64,000 bases of DNA from Candidatus Sulfotelmatobacter sp. (GCA_035624115.1 DASPSD010000031.1:25292-89291), one strand, 5' to 3'; counted from the first letter of the stretch, positions 8,426-20,155 are shown. The notes: generated from the sequence alone by a model not told the origin. Numbers and translations: made by a program.

Positions 8426-9427
8426 TTGTGGAGAAAATCTTTGGGCATTTCATCGAGCAGTCCGATTACCTCTTTTATCAGAAATCACTACCGGCATTTC
8501 AACGCCGCTGTCGTCGTTGACGCTGCGGAAGCCTACAACAGGCACCTGGCGAGTGGCGGCAAAATGTTCGTCACGCTCGCCGGGGCCATGAGCACGGCCG
8601 AACTCGGGTTGTCCCTGGCCGAGATGATCCGGCGGGACAAGGTGCATGGCATCTGCTGCACCGGGGCCAATCTCGAAGAGGATCTTTACAATCTCGTCGC
8701 CCACAACCATTACGAACGTGTCCCCCACTACCGCCAGTTGAGCCCGCAGCAGGAAGTCGATCTTCTCGAGCGGCACCTGAATCGCGTGACCGATACCTGC
8801 ATTCCCGAAGAGGAAGCCATGCGCCGCATCGAGCGAATCGTCATGGAAGAGTGGCAGGCGGCCGACAAGGCCGGGGACCGATTCTTTCCGCACGAGTTTC
8901 TGTACAAGATTCTCCGGGGACAGAAGCTCAAACAGTTCCATCAGATCGACCCGAAAGACAGTTGGATGGTTGCGGCTGCGGAAAAAAACCTGCCCCTGTT
9001 CGTTCCGGGGTGGGAGGATTCGACGCTCGGCAACATGTATGCCGCTCAGGTCATCAGCGGAAAGGTGAAAAACGTCACGACCATGCGAAGCGGTGTTGAA
9101 TACATGATTGAACTCGCGCGCTGGTACACCCAGTCGACTGCCGAATGGTCACTCGGCTTTTTTCAAGTTGGCGGGGGCATCGCCGGCGATTTCCCGATCT
9201 GTGTCGTCCCGATGCTCCATCAGGACCTCAGGCGAGAAAACGTGCCTCTGTGGGGTTACTTTTGCCAGATCAGCGATTCGACGACCAGCTATGGATCTTA
9301 CTCCGGTGCGGTGCCTAATGAGAAGATCACGTGGGGAAAGCTCGGCATCGATACACCGCGCTTTGTCATCGAATCGGATGCCACCATTGTTGCTCCGCTT
9401 ATCTTCGCCTATGTGCTGGGGTGGTAG
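8426..9427 (+). CDS. deoxyhypusine synthase-family protein
   Basis: HFNAAVVVDAAEAY...MFVTLAGAMSTAELG...ICCTGANLEEDL, typical of bacterial DHS-like proteins. TTG start is uncertain. Confidence 0.8.
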   Translation: MWRKSLGISSSSPITSFIRNHYRHFNAAVVVDAAEAYNRHLASGGKMFVTLAGAMSTAELGLSLAEMIRRDKVHGICCTGANLEEDLYNLVAHNHYERVPHYRQLSPQQEVDLLERHLNRVTDTCIPEEEAMRRIERIVMEEWQAADKAGDRFFPHEFLYKILRGQKLKQFHQIDPKDSWMVAAAEKNLPLFVPGWEDSTLGNMYAAQVISGKVKNVTTMRSGVEYMIELARWYTQSTAEWSLGFFQVGGGIAGDFPICVVPMLHQDLRRENVPLWGYFCQISDSTTSYGSYSGAVPNEKITWGKLGIDTPRFVIESDATIVAPLIFAYVLGW

Positions 9428-9466
9428 TTTTGGCTCATGATTGGGAGGATGCCCGCGCACACGACG

Positions 9467-9852
9467 TCACTTCGCGCTGGACGGCGTGAAGTGAAGCGTG
9501 AAGGAAAATCCGGCTATGCCCACCCGCGCCCGGTAGTCCGCCGCAATGAAGAAGGTCGGCGACTTCTCGGGGCCGGAGCGACGGATGGTTACCTGCTCCG
9601 GTCCGAGTTGGATGCCGTACGATTTCGCGATGCGGATGACGGAGTTGCGAAGATCTTCATCCGAATTCGGGGGAGTCAATCCGATGGCGGGAGCGACTTG
9701 CGCGGCGAGGTCGTGCAAGTCCTCTTTCATCTCAATGTTGGTGAGTTCCAGCGAAGCGATCTGCCACGCGGCGATGACGGCCAGGAGCAGGACGGCGCAT
9801 CCAGCGATGATGAGTGGTTTTTTGATTGACGTGGTCCAAGTACATCATTCAT
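9467..9852 (-). CDS. membrane-anchored hypothetical protein; N-terminus needs a frame change at an A6 run
   Basis: Track ORF 9467..9730 begins at an internal Met. The same frame stays open upstream through a TM helix (KKPLIIAGCAVLLLAVIAAWQIA) with no start codon. ATG 9852 is in another frame and joins the main frame via A_AAA_AAC (plus-strand 9817-9823). Confidence 0.5.
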
Positions 9853-10075
9853 TTTGACGTACTGGGCCTGTTAATGAACAAGCAAAATATCTGAGGGATA
9901 ACGGCTAGTATACGGAGTCGGGGAAAAGATTTTTACTTACTGGAAAGCCGCGTTGACGCAAGCGGCTTTCGGCCCTGGAGCGGCATTCCCGTAGAACTCC
10001 GCCATGGTGATGGGCGCCGGCAAACACCGGCCGGGCCGGGGCGCTGGTCGCTCGAACCACAGGGGCTGCGGAGTT

Positions 10076-10185
10076 TGTGTGAGAACTGCGAAATCAGTCC
10101 CTCAGCGGCTGAAGCCGCCCTGAATTTGCAACACTTACGGCACGGCTGAAGCCGTGCCCTGACGGAAATCCCTGGTTCTCACACA
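10076..10185. mobile_element. MITE-like 110-bp element with perfect 11-bp terminal inverted repeats
   Basis: tgtgtgagaac (10076-10086) and gttctcacaca (10175-10185) enclose two RepB-type hairpins (cagcggctgaagccgccctg, ggcacggctgaagccgtgcc). Confidence 0.65.
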
Positions 10186-10227
10186 GGCTCCGGGGGCGGC
10201 GCCCCAGACGGCCCGCAGTGTCCACCT

Positions 10228-13200
10228 CTAAAAATCGAGGCGCAGAGCTAATTGGCCGGTGCGGTTTCCGCCGTTGCCTTGCGGCAGCACGGAGGTGAGC
10301 ACTCCAAAGGATGACGGATTGCTGATGTTGAGAGCGGGCGGCGCGAAATTGGAGCGGTTCAGGAGGTTGGTGAACGAAGCCTCGAAGCGCAGCCGGTATC
10401 GTTCGCTGATATGGACGACCTTGGCCAGCGCCGCGTTCACGTTGATCAGGTTTGGCCCTTGGAGGATGCCCAGGCCGCAAGTTCCAAAGCGTCCCGCGTC
10501 TGCCGGCGGAACGGAGAATGCATTGATGTTGAAGAACTCCGCCCGGCTCTGATTCGAAGGCACGGGATTGCCCACGCAGTCGGGGCGCGCTACTGCCGAT
10601 CCTTCCGAATTTCGGATTTCCATGTTGGTGTTGGATTGATCGGAGGCCGCGTTCATCGTGGGCGTCAGCCACTGGCCGGTCTGCATCGTCACAACCGTGC
10701 TGAAATTCCAGCCCCCCAGGAGCGGGTTCAAATGCTGCGGCACATTTACAAGCTGCCCGGTACCGACCGGCAGTTGATAAATTCCCGTCAGCAGGAAGCG
10801 CTGCCGCGGCGTTCCCGCAACGTTGCCGCGGTCGTACTGAAGGTTATAGCGGTTGGCGATCTCCACGGCATAGGGTTCTTCGCTCGCGAATCCGGCAGGC
10901 GCGTCGCTGCCCTGGGCGTCGCTGATATTTTTTGCGAACGTATAGTTCGCCTGGAACGTCAGCCCGTGCGAGACTCTGTGCTGCACCTCCGCGATGCCCG
11001 CCTCATAGGTGGCGTTCCCGATGCTTTCCGAAGACATCAGCAGATCGAACTGCGGAAAGGGCGCCTCGCTTTGCGAGTACGGAGTCTTGCTGGCCGGCAC
11101 TTGGTTCAGATCGATGGTGATGGGCAGATGCCAGGTGCCCTGGCCCACATAGCTGAACCGCACCGTGGTGCTGGGCGTTACTTGCCGCTCCACAGTCAGG
11201 TTCCATTGAGCTGAGGTGGCATCCTTCCAGTAGGGATTGTTGGCCTCCTCAAATGCGCCCCCGCCATACTGAATCGCAGCATTCAGAGGGGTGGCGTCCG
11301 GAAACTGGAAGATCTTGTTTGTGACAGGATACGGATTGGAATAGCTGACCAGATCGGAAACACCGACCATCGCATTGTTGAACGACATCGGGCCAAGCGT
11401 CGTCATCGTGAAGAGGCCGAAGCCCGCGCGAATCACCGTCTTTTCGTCCTTCGACGGCCGGAAGGCGATGCTCACGCGCGGGTCAAAATCATGCAGAGGC
11501 GTATGCCTCAGACCCTGCGGAAGGCCGGCCTGGCTGGCCGAGATCACATTAGTGCAGGGTAACGATGGATCCGGGCTCAGCCCGTAGTTCGTAAGCGAGC
11601 ACCCGTTGTAGGACTCCAGAACTCCCACGTAGACGGGGGTGGCGGGGCCGTAAGTCTTGAGCATGGAAAAGAATTTGTCCGGAACGACGATGCTGTTGAG
11701 CGCCGGATCGAAACTGGCCAGATCGCCGTTCGTTTCGAACATGGCGGGTTGCACTTCCCACCGCAAACCGAAGTTGACGGTGAGATGGCTGTTCACCTGC
11801 CATTGGTCTTGGCCGTAAACACCCGAATGCCAGCTATGGGCGTTGACTTGTGGGCCGCCGGTGATCGCGAAGTTCGATTGCGGCGCCCCGAGCAGAAAAT
11901 CGCCGAATGAATAGCCGCCGATCTCTGGGGCCCCAGGGGTGGGATTGTAGCCTGTCAGTGCGCCGCTGAAGTTGAACTGGCCGTAGTCGTCTGAAGCGTA
12001 ATAAAACATGAGGGCGTTATAAAGCACTCGGCGGGTGTCGAAGCCGAATCTTATCGTGTGTGAGTGCTTTATCATCGTGAAATTGTCGGTGAATTGATAC
12101 GTCTTGGATAGGGTCGTGCCCACCCGGTCCTGCCCGATGTTGGTCATGGTGCCGTCTAGGAAGTTGAAAGTGGGGAAGGCATGGCCCGTCGGCTGCGCGA
12201 TGAACTGCAAGGGAATGGTGCTTTGCACCAGGCCCAGCTCGCCGGGCCCCGTGCCGACATCGGCCTGCGCTCCGCTGAGGGGAAACGTGTCGTTTTCCGT
12301 GTAATTCGTGAATCCAAAGCGGAATTCGTTTACCAGGTTTGTGCTCAGCACATAGTTGTGGGAGACGACGAGGCTGCGGTTCTGGTCGCGCGCTTGGTCA
12401 TTGGGCAGAAAGTTATTCGCGGGGGCAAGCGCGCCGGCGCTGTTGGACTCAGTGACAAAGACGTTTTTCCAACTGTACCGGGCGAAGATCTGCTGCTTGG
12501 ACGTCAGCCGCTGATCCACGCGGAGGTCCCAGCCGTTGGAGTTAGACGGGATCGGCACAAGCGTCTGGTAGTTGTACGCGGGTCCGATAACATTTTGGTT
12601 GACGTTCGGCAGCGGATACCATGCATTCAGCAGTTTCTGCGTCACAGGATTGAGGCAGTCCGTCGGCCCTCCCGGGCCCGGGGCCGTGCAGGACGGAATG
12701 GTGTTGTTCGGATAAGGATTGCCGGTAAACGGATCATAGACCGAGAAGTCGCTCGTGGGCGTGCCGGGGTTGGCCGCTGCCGCCGCTAGCACAAGATTGT
12801 TCAAATTCCCGTTTCTTTCGGCTCGCGTGGGAACGAGCAGAAACTCCGGTGCCGAAGTGGTCTTGCGATTTCCCTCGTAGTCCAGAAAGAAATACGTGTT
12901 CTTCTTTCTGCCGTTCCACACGCCGGGGATAATCGCCGGGCCGCCCAGGCTGCCGCCGAAGGTGTTGAAGGTCTTGGGCGCTTTTGAGGGAAAGCCATAG
13001 ATTGTGGAGTCCAAGGCGTCGCTTTGGAAGTACTCGAAAGCGCTTCCGTGGAACTGGTCGGACCCGCTTTTAGTTGTGAAGGTCACGTCGCCGATCTGGG
13101 CGAACTCCGCGTTGTTGTTGAACGCCGTGACCCTCATTTCCGAAATTCCCTCCTGCGAGGGATAGGCGTCCTGGAGCGCGCCGTTGGCGCGCACGCTGGC

Positions 13201-13800
13201 CGTAGAGATTCCGTCCACCGAGAAACCGGTCTGCGCGGAGGTGGCGCCACCCACGGCGAAATTTCCCTGGCTGTCCTTCACTACGTCGGGAGAAAGGGCG
13301 AGGGCGGCCAGCGGGCTGCTCGACACGGCGCGCGAGTTCAAGGGCAATTGTGTGAGTTCAAGGTTTTCGAGGGTGCTGTCGATCGTTCCGTTCTCCGTGT
13401 TGATATGGCTCGCGAGCTCGCTGACCACTACGGTCTGAGCCTGGCTGGCCACGGAAAAGGTGAGGTTGAGGCGCAACTCCTGGCGCGCCTCGAGCGCGAA
13501 TTCGGGGACGCCGGCATCGGCGAAACCCGGCTTCTTGCCTGCCAGGCGGTAACGCCCGGCCTTCAGATTCAGAAATTCGAAAAGCCCCGCATCGCCGCTG
13601 ATCGCTTTGCGTTCGCTATTGTCGTCCAGGCCGATGAGAGTTACTTCCGCGCTGGGGATGGCCGAACCCGTCGCGTCCAGCGTCAAGCCGCGCAGGCTCC
13701 CGAAAGTGGATTGGCCCTTGGCCGCAGGCCCTCCGAAAAGCAACACAAGCACACCGACTGCAAGCACACCCGTAGTGAATGAGGAGCGCACACGCCCCAT
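10228..13800 (-). CDS. TonB-dependent receptor with N-terminal carboxypeptidase-regulatory-like domain
   Basis: 1190 aa. Signal peptide, then CarboxypepD_reg-like start (TLDATGSAIPSAEVTL...AGRYRL), a plug region, and a long beta-barrel ending ...GQLALRLDF (terminal aromatic). Confidence 0.9.
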   Translation of the reverse strand: MGRVRSSFTTGVLAVGVLVLLFGGPAAKGQSTFGSLRGLTLDATGSAIPSAEVTLIGLDDNSERKAISGDAGLFEFLNLKAGRYRLAGKKPGFADAGVPEFALEARQELRLNLTFSVASQAQTVVVSELASHINTENGTIDSTLENLELTQLPLNSRAVSSSPLAALALSPDVVKDSQGNFAVGGATSAQTGFSVDGISTASVRANGALQDAYPSQEGISEMRVTAFNNNAEFAQIGDVTFTTKSGSDQFHGSAFEYFQSDALDSTIYGFPSKAPKTFNTFGGSLGGPAIIPGVWNGRKKNTYFFLDYEGNRKTTSAPEFLLVPTRAERNGNLNNLVLAAAAANPGTPTSDFSVYDPFTGNPYPNNTIPSCTAPGPGGPTDCLNPVTQKLLNAWYPLPNVNQNVIGPAYNYQTLVPIPSNSNGWDLRVDQRLTSKQQIFARYSWKNVFVTESNSAGALAPANNFLPNDQARDQNRSLVVSHNYVLSTNLVNEFRFGFTNYTENDTFPLSGAQADVGTGPGELGLVQSTIPLQFIAQPTGHAFPTFNFLDGTMTNIGQDRVGTTLSKTYQFTDNFTMIKHSHTIRFGFDTRRVLYNALMFYYASDDYGQFNFSGALTGYNPTPGAPEIGGYSFGDFLLGAPQSNFAITGGPQVNAHSWHSGVYGQDQWQVNSHLTVNFGLRWEVQPAMFETNGDLASFDPALNSIVVPDKFFSMLKTYGPATPVYVGVLESYNGCSLTNYGLSPDPSLPCTNVISASQAGLPQGLRHTPLHDFDPRVSIAFRPSKDEKTVIRAGFGLFTMTTLGPMSFNNAMVGVSDLVSYSNPYPVTNKIFQFPDATPLNAAIQYGGGAFEEANNPYWKDATSAQWNLTVERQVTPSTTVRFSYVGQGTWHLPITIDLNQVPASKTPYSQSEAPFPQFDLLMSSESIGNATYEAGIAEVQHRVSHGLTFQANYTFAKNISDAQGSDAPAGFASEEPYAVEIANRYNLQYDRGNVAGTPRQRFLLTGIYQLPVGTGQLVNVPQHLNPLLGGWNFSTVVTMQTGQWLTPTMNAASDQSNTNMEIRNSEGSAVARPDCVGNPVPSNQSRAEFFNINAFSVPPADAGRFGTCGLGILQGPNLINVNAALAKVVHISERYRLRFEASFTNLLNRSNFAPPALNISNPSSFGVLTSVLPQGNGGNRTGQLALRLDF

Positions 13801-14237
13801 GTAGCCCTCCTTAGGCGAAACCCTTGGCTGTCGCTGAGATCAGCCTTCCCGGCTCGTAGACGACTTCCGGCGTCAATGTGGCACGGTGCCGTGCTCTTAT
13901 CGCACGATGGTAGGCCGTCTCTATCTGGTTAACCGAGCCGCAGGCAGACGTCAAATCGCATTTTTCGATAGCCGCGATGCGTAAAACTTTTGAATCACTG
14001 CCGCGGAGAAAAATGACGCCGCCCAAGCAGCTCGCTGAACCATGAGGAAGGTGTATCCGAATGGCCGCAAGGAAAACCTAAAGAAGTTGTAAGGAATTCG
14101 TTAGGTTTTGATTCATATTTTCGATGGGATCAATTACAACGCTGAGTGTCGCTGATCACATGGATGAGTACACTGCGTTGACGCGAACGGCGCGCGGCCC
14201 GTATAATGGGGGTTTCTCAATCGCTTCGGGAGGCAGC

Positions 14238-14552
14238 ATGTACGCAGTGATTCGCAGTGGCGGAAAGCAGTACCGGGTCGAGCCCGGAGAAACAATCGAG
14301 GTCGAGCGGCTCGAAGGAAAGGTCGGCGGCAAGGTGACGTTTGAAGACGTGCTCGCCGTGCGCACCGACGACAAGAAAGTCGTAGCCGGAGCGGACGCGG
14401 GCAAGGCCAAAGTGACGGGGAAGATCGTCGCGCACGGGCGTGGGCCGAAGCTCCAGGTGCTCAAGTTCAAAAAGACGCGGCAATACAAGATTCAGCGCGG
14501 CCACCGGCAGGGGTACACGTCGGTTCAGGTCAGCGACATTCAATTGGCATAG
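14238..14552 (+). CDS. rplU: 50S ribosomal protein L21
   Basis: [25 protein letters not shown]... GGAGG lies upstream of ATG 14238. Confidence 0.95.
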   Translation: MYAVIRSGGKQYRVEPGETIEVERLEGKVGGKVTFEDVLAVRTDDKKVVAGADAGKAKVTGKIVAHGRGPKLQVLKFKKTRQYKIQRGHRQGYTSVQVSDIQLA

Positions 14553-14560
14553 AGGATTTT

Positions 14561-14866
14561 ATGGCGCACAAAAAAGGCGGCGGGTCCTCGACAAACGGAC
14601 GCGACTCGCACGGACAGCGGCTCGGAGTCAAGCGGTTCGGCGGGCAGAGGGTGAACGGCGGAAGCATCCTGATCCGCCAGCGCGGCACGCGTTACAAGGC
14701 GGGCAAGAACGTCGGCCGCGCGAAAGACGATTCGCTTTTCGCGCGAATCACCGGCGTGGTCCACTTCGAGGATAAAGGCGGGATGGGGCGGTTCATCAGC
14801 GTCCTGAGCGTGGAAGAAGCCGCCGCGAAATCCGAAAAGAAGCCGGAAGCAACGGCAGCAAACTGA
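14561..14866 (+). CDS. rpmA: 50S ribosomal protein L27
   Basis: [29 protein letters not shown]... Confidence 0.95.
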   Translation: MAHKKGGGSSTNGRDSHGQRLGVKRFGGQRVNGGSILIRQRGTRYKAGKNVGRAKDDSLFARITGVVHFEDKGGMGRFISVLSVEEAAAKSEKKPEATAAN

Positions 14867-14902
14867 CCGAAGTGATTCGCATTGCTGTGGATCACCGCAT
14901 TA

Positions 14903-14974
14903 GGGAACTTCAGGGGCTGAAGCCCCAGACATTCGAGATTTCGAATGTCGCGGTTGAAACCGCGACCCACAAAC
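14903..14974 (+). repeat. RepB hairpin repeat (ggggctgaagcccc + cgcggttgaaaccgcg)
   Basis: gggaacttcaggggctgaagcccc...gtcgcggttgaaaccgcgacccacaaa. Homologous copies lie at 20701 and 21721. Confidence 0.8.
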
Positions 14975-15002
14975 CTCTCCCTTGAGATGAGCTCTACCAT
15001 GA

Positions 15003-16908
<1,906 letters not shown>

Positions 16909-16912
<4 letters not shown>

Positions 16913-17316
16913 CCCTGCACTCCCTTCGCCCCGAAATTCGCTGGGCCGTTGAAGCGGCCCAGGACAAACAGGCCGTGGACATCACGGTGCTGAAATTGCC
17001 GGGCACGGCCGCATTCGCGGAATACTTTTTGTTGTGCTCCGGGCACAGCCAGCCGCAAATCCAGGCGATCGGCGAAGCGATCGAAGAGCGCCTGGAACGC
17101 CACGGCGTGCGCCTGCAGCATCGCGAAGGAAAATCCGGCGCGGAGTGGGTGCTGCTCGATTACGGCGCGTTCGTGGTTCACATCTTCAGCGAGCGGGCGC
17201 GAAGCTACTACGATCTCGAGCGGCTGTGGCGCACCGCCGAGCGCATCGATTTTCCCGCGCCGGTGCGGAACCCGGATTCGCAGCAGGCTTCCGATAGCGG
17301 CGCGACGCAGCCATGA
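16909..17316 (+). CDS. rsfS: ribosome silencing factor RsfS
   Basis: DITVLKL...FAEYFLLCSGHSQPQIQAI...WVLLDYGAFVVHIF...YYDLERLW. Confidence 0.9.
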
Positions 17317-18251
17317 GCGCGAATCAATTCGCATGGGTGGCGGCCGATCCGGCTTCGCGGCACATCCTCGAGATCGCGGAAAAACTTGCCGAACCGTCCA
17401 CCACTCTGCTGATCACCGGCGAAAGCGGCACCGGAAAGGACCAGCTCGCGCGGTGGATCCACGAGCGCGGGCCTCGGCATGATGCTCCGTTTTTGAAAAT
17501 CGATTGCGCCAGCCTGCCGGCGGAACTGGTGGAATCGGAGCTGTTCGGGCACGAACGCGGCGCGTTTACGGGCGCGGTGGCGCGGAAGCTCGGGCGGCTC
17601 GAGCTGGCCGAAGGCGGCACGATCGTGCTCGACGAGGTGGCTGCGCTCGCGCCGGGAATGCAGGCGAAGCTTTTGCGCGTGCTCGAAGAGCGGACGTTTG
17701 AGCGTCTGGGGGGAACGGAAACGCTCCGCATGGACGCGCGGCTCATGGCGCTGACGAATGCGGACCTCGCGCGGCTTGTCGCCGCGGGGCGGTTTCGCGA
17801 GGACCTTCTATTTCGACTGAACGTGCTGACGATCGTGGTGCCGCCGCTGCGGGAGCGGCGCGGGGACATTCTTCCGCTCGCTGCACATTTTCTTGCCCGG
17901 CTCGCGCCCGTACACGGACGACGGGATGCGTCGCTTGATCCAACTGCAGAGCGGCTGCTTGAGAGCTATGCGTGGCCGGGGAACGTGCGCGAATTGAAGA
18001 ACGCGATCGAGCACGCGCTGGTGTTCGCGAAGGAGAGCGTGCTGCACGCGCAGGATTTTCCGGAAATTATGCGCGCGCCTGGCGATTCGCAGGGCCCTGC
18101 CGGGCCGTTGCGTTCGCTTGAAGAGCTCGAGCGCGAGGCGATTCACGCGACATTGGAGGGAACGCGGTACAAGATCGGCCGCGCGGCGGAAATCTTAGGC
18201 ATCAGCCGGAAAACGTTGCTAGAGAAGCGCAAGAAATACGGACTGATTTGA
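17313..18251 (+). CDS. sigma-54-dependent transcriptional activator lacking an N-terminal sensory/receiver domain
   Basis: Walker A is LITGESGTGKD, about 40 aa from the start. GAFTGA loop (HERGAFTGA). C-terminal Fis-type HTH (AAEILGISRKTLLEKRKKYGL). ATGA overlap with rsfS. Confidence 0.85.
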   Translation: MSANQFAWVAADPASRHILEIAEKLAEPSTTLLITGESGTGKDQLARWIHERGPRHDAPFLKIDCASLPAELVESELFGHERGAFTGAVARKLGRLELAEGGTIVLDEVAALAPGMQAKLLRVLEERTFERLGGTETLRMDARLMALTNADLARLVAAGRFREDLLFRLNVLTIVVPPLRERRGDILPLAAHFLARLAPVHGRRDASLDPTAERLLESYAWPGNVRELKNAIEHALVFAKESVLHAQDFPEIMRAPGDSQGPAGPLRSLEELEREAIHATLEGTRYKIGRAAEILGISRKTLLEKRKKYGLI

Positions 18252-18266
18252 AATTCAATGCGTACC

Positions 18267-18332
18267 CCAGGGGTTGAAACCCCTGACCTCCAGATGACTA
18301 TCGGCACGGCTAAAGCCGTGCCCTGACGCAAG
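18267..18332 (+). repeat. RepB-type hairpin pair (aggggttgaaacccct + ggcacggctaaagccgtgcc)
   Basis: Two GC-rich stems with small loops, in the same style as 10076-10185. Confidence 0.7.
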
Positions 18333-18351
18333 ATTACTTCGTTACCCTGCG

Positions 18352-18783
18352 ATGAAAATTCGTCTAGTCATGCTTGGGAAGACGCGGCGAGAGGAGGCGC
18401 GGGCGCTGGTTGAGGATTACATTGGGAGGATACGACGCTACACCGAAGTCGAAATCACCGAGCTGCGAGATGGGGCACCAGCGGCGCTGCGAAAGCTGAA
18501 AATCGAACCGGGCGCGACGATTGTGTTGCTTGATGCTGCGGGGAAGCAGTTGACATCGCAACAATTTGCGCAGTGGCTGGGCGATTTGCGCGATCGCGGG
18601 ATGCGCGAGCTGGTTTTCCTGTGCGGCGATGCGGAAGGATTTTCAGAAGAGCTGCAAGCGAGTGCGAGGCAGAAGATTTCGCTTTCGACGCTGACGATGC
18701 CGCACGAATTCGCGCGCGTCGTGCTGGCCGAACAGATTTACCGGGCATTCGCAATTCTGGCGGGCCACCCCTACCCGAAATAG
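18352..18783 (+). CDS. rlmH: 23S rRNA (pseudouridine1915-N3)-methyltransferase RlmH
   Basis: SPOUT-family pattern: MKIRLVMLGKTR...IVLLDAAGKQLTSQQFA...LVFLCGDAEGF...LSLSTLTMPHEFARVVLAEQIYRAF. Confidence 0.9.
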   Translation: MKIRLVMLGKTRREEARALVEDYIGRIRRYTEVEITELRDGAPAALRKLKIEPGATIVLLDAAGKQLTSQQFAQWLGDLRDRGMRELVFLCGDAEGFSEELQASARQKISLSTLTMPHEFARVVLAEQIYRAFAILAGHPYPK

Positions 18784-18810
18784 GCGCGCTTCTGCAAGAA
18801 TAGCCGGGCC

Positions 18811-19185
18811 ATGTCGATCAAAATCACACACGATGCAGGCAAGCCGACCGCTTCAGTCGAGTTGATGATTAGGCGGCCGCTTGCGGATTACGATCTCGTC
18901 GAAATCGAGGGCGCCATTCCGCGGGATGTCGATCCCATGCTCGCTTCGCAGGGATTCAAGGATTTGCTCGACGAGGCGCGCGGCATTCTCGGGCGCGAAT
19001 TGGCGGCCGCGAATTTTGAGATCGCTCAGCTTACAGGTGCGATTTGCCGCGACGGAGGCGTGTACAGGCCGGGGATTTGGCTTGTGTTGAGGGAGCGCGA
19101 CGCGGGCGGGGAAATGTCAGCCACAGCGTGGGAGCGAGTTGCAGCAATCGCGGAAACGCTTCGGAAGTCTCTTCAGATTTCTTGA
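18811..19185 (+). CDS. hypothetical protein (124 aa)
   Basis: Track ORF with protein-like composition. No recognisable family. Confidence 0.45.
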   Translation: MSIKITHDAGKPTASVELMIRRPLADYDLVEIEGAIPRDVDPMLASQGFKDLLDEARGILGRELAAANFEIAQLTGAICRDGGVYRPGIWLVLRERDAGGEMSATAWERVAAIAETLRKSLQIS

Positions 19186-19237
19186 GGCGCGTTGTCTTCG
19201 GGGGCATCATACGGACCAGGGACACACTGCGTTCCCA

Positions 19238-19296
19238 TCGAAAACAAAGCGGGAGCCCTTCGGCTTCGCTCAGGACAAGCAAGCTCCCGCACTCCA
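19238..19296 (+). repeat. RepA repeat, copy 4, with a second unit nested in the hairpin loop
   Basis: gcgggagc-[ccttcggcttcgctcaggacaagca]-agctcccgcactccaaagg. Confidence 0.8.
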
Positions 19297-19324
19297 AAGG
19301 TCTTAGTCGCGCAGTTTCCTTAGA

Positions 19325-19870
19325 CTATTTGGTCTCGGTCATGTCTACGGACGCGCGGGTGGTTTCCCAGTCCAGATGGATTACGCAGCCGGCGCCGGAT
19401 TGATCGAACGCAATCGTGAAGTTCTCAACCGGCGCGGGAAGCTTCGACGATTTCATCTCGACACGTGCAAAATCTTCAGCTTCGCCGGGATAGGGCTCGC
19501 CCCATTCGCCGGTTTTTTTGCTGATGATGAGCGTCCATTTGTCTTCGTTGGGAATCACGAAGAGTGTATAGCTGCCGGCGGGGATCCTTTTGTCGCCCAC
19601 CAAAAAATCGGCGGTGGTGACGAACGTGGTGGCTTCGTTTGCCCCGGCGCGCCACACCTGGCCGTAGGGCACCAGTCCGCCGAAAATTTTGCGGCCTTTC
19701 ATGCGCGGGCTGGAGTAGTCCACGGTGATGGTCTTGCCGTCGGCGATTTTGCAGGCAGCGGTGGCAGGCGGGCTGGGGCGCTTGCTCTTATCTTGCTGCG
19801 CATGGGACGGAATCGGTAGGACAGTCAAAGCGATTAAGAGCGCTGCAATATTGGCGAAGATTCTTGGCAT
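19325..19870 (-). CDS. DUF2911 domain protein, secreted
   Basis: Signal peptide MPRIFANIAALLIALTVLPIPSHA, then YSSPRMKGRKIFGGLVPYGQVWRAGANEAT. The longer track start (19930) would run into repeat RepC. Confidence 0.85.
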   Translation of the reverse strand: MPRIFANIAALLIALTVLPIPSHAQQDKSKRPSPPATAACKIADGKTITVDYSSPRMKGRKIFGGLVPYGQVWRAGANEATTFVTTADFLVGDKRIPAGSYTLFVIPNEDKWTLIISKKTGEWGEPYPGEAEDFARVEMKSSKLPAPVENFTIAFDQSGAGCVIHLDWETTRASVDMTETK

Positions 19871-19917
19871 TCTTCTCTCCCTTACCATTTGAAATGGACC
19901 TTCACGCGTCAGTTGTG

Positions 19918-20008
19918 CCGACCGAGTCAAGCCTCGGTCGAGTGATTGGCTTTTCGTGCGCTGTCACGGGCGACAAAGCGGCGTCAAGCCGCCGCACTCC
20001 AGAAAAAC
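19918..20008 (+). repeat. RepC double-hairpin repeat, copy 2
   Basis: Near-identical to 2878-2968. Confidence 0.8.
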
Positions 20009-20155
20009 GGAGCCGCCCGAAGCCGCTGACAATTCTCTGCTCACGGCAGGAATGGAGTCAACCTATCGCAAGAGTGCAGCGTCGTCCCCCCGGCTTCTTG
20101 ACGTTTGGGCAGCGTGCGGTCACTATTCTCACTCGGGCAAGCGAGCCGCGAAGCG

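Noticed and set aside
13811-14026. 71-aa minus-strand ORF just upstream of the TonB-dependent receptor
   Set aside because: TTG start, no RBS, no recognisable family, and it lies in the receptor promoter region. The support is insufficient.
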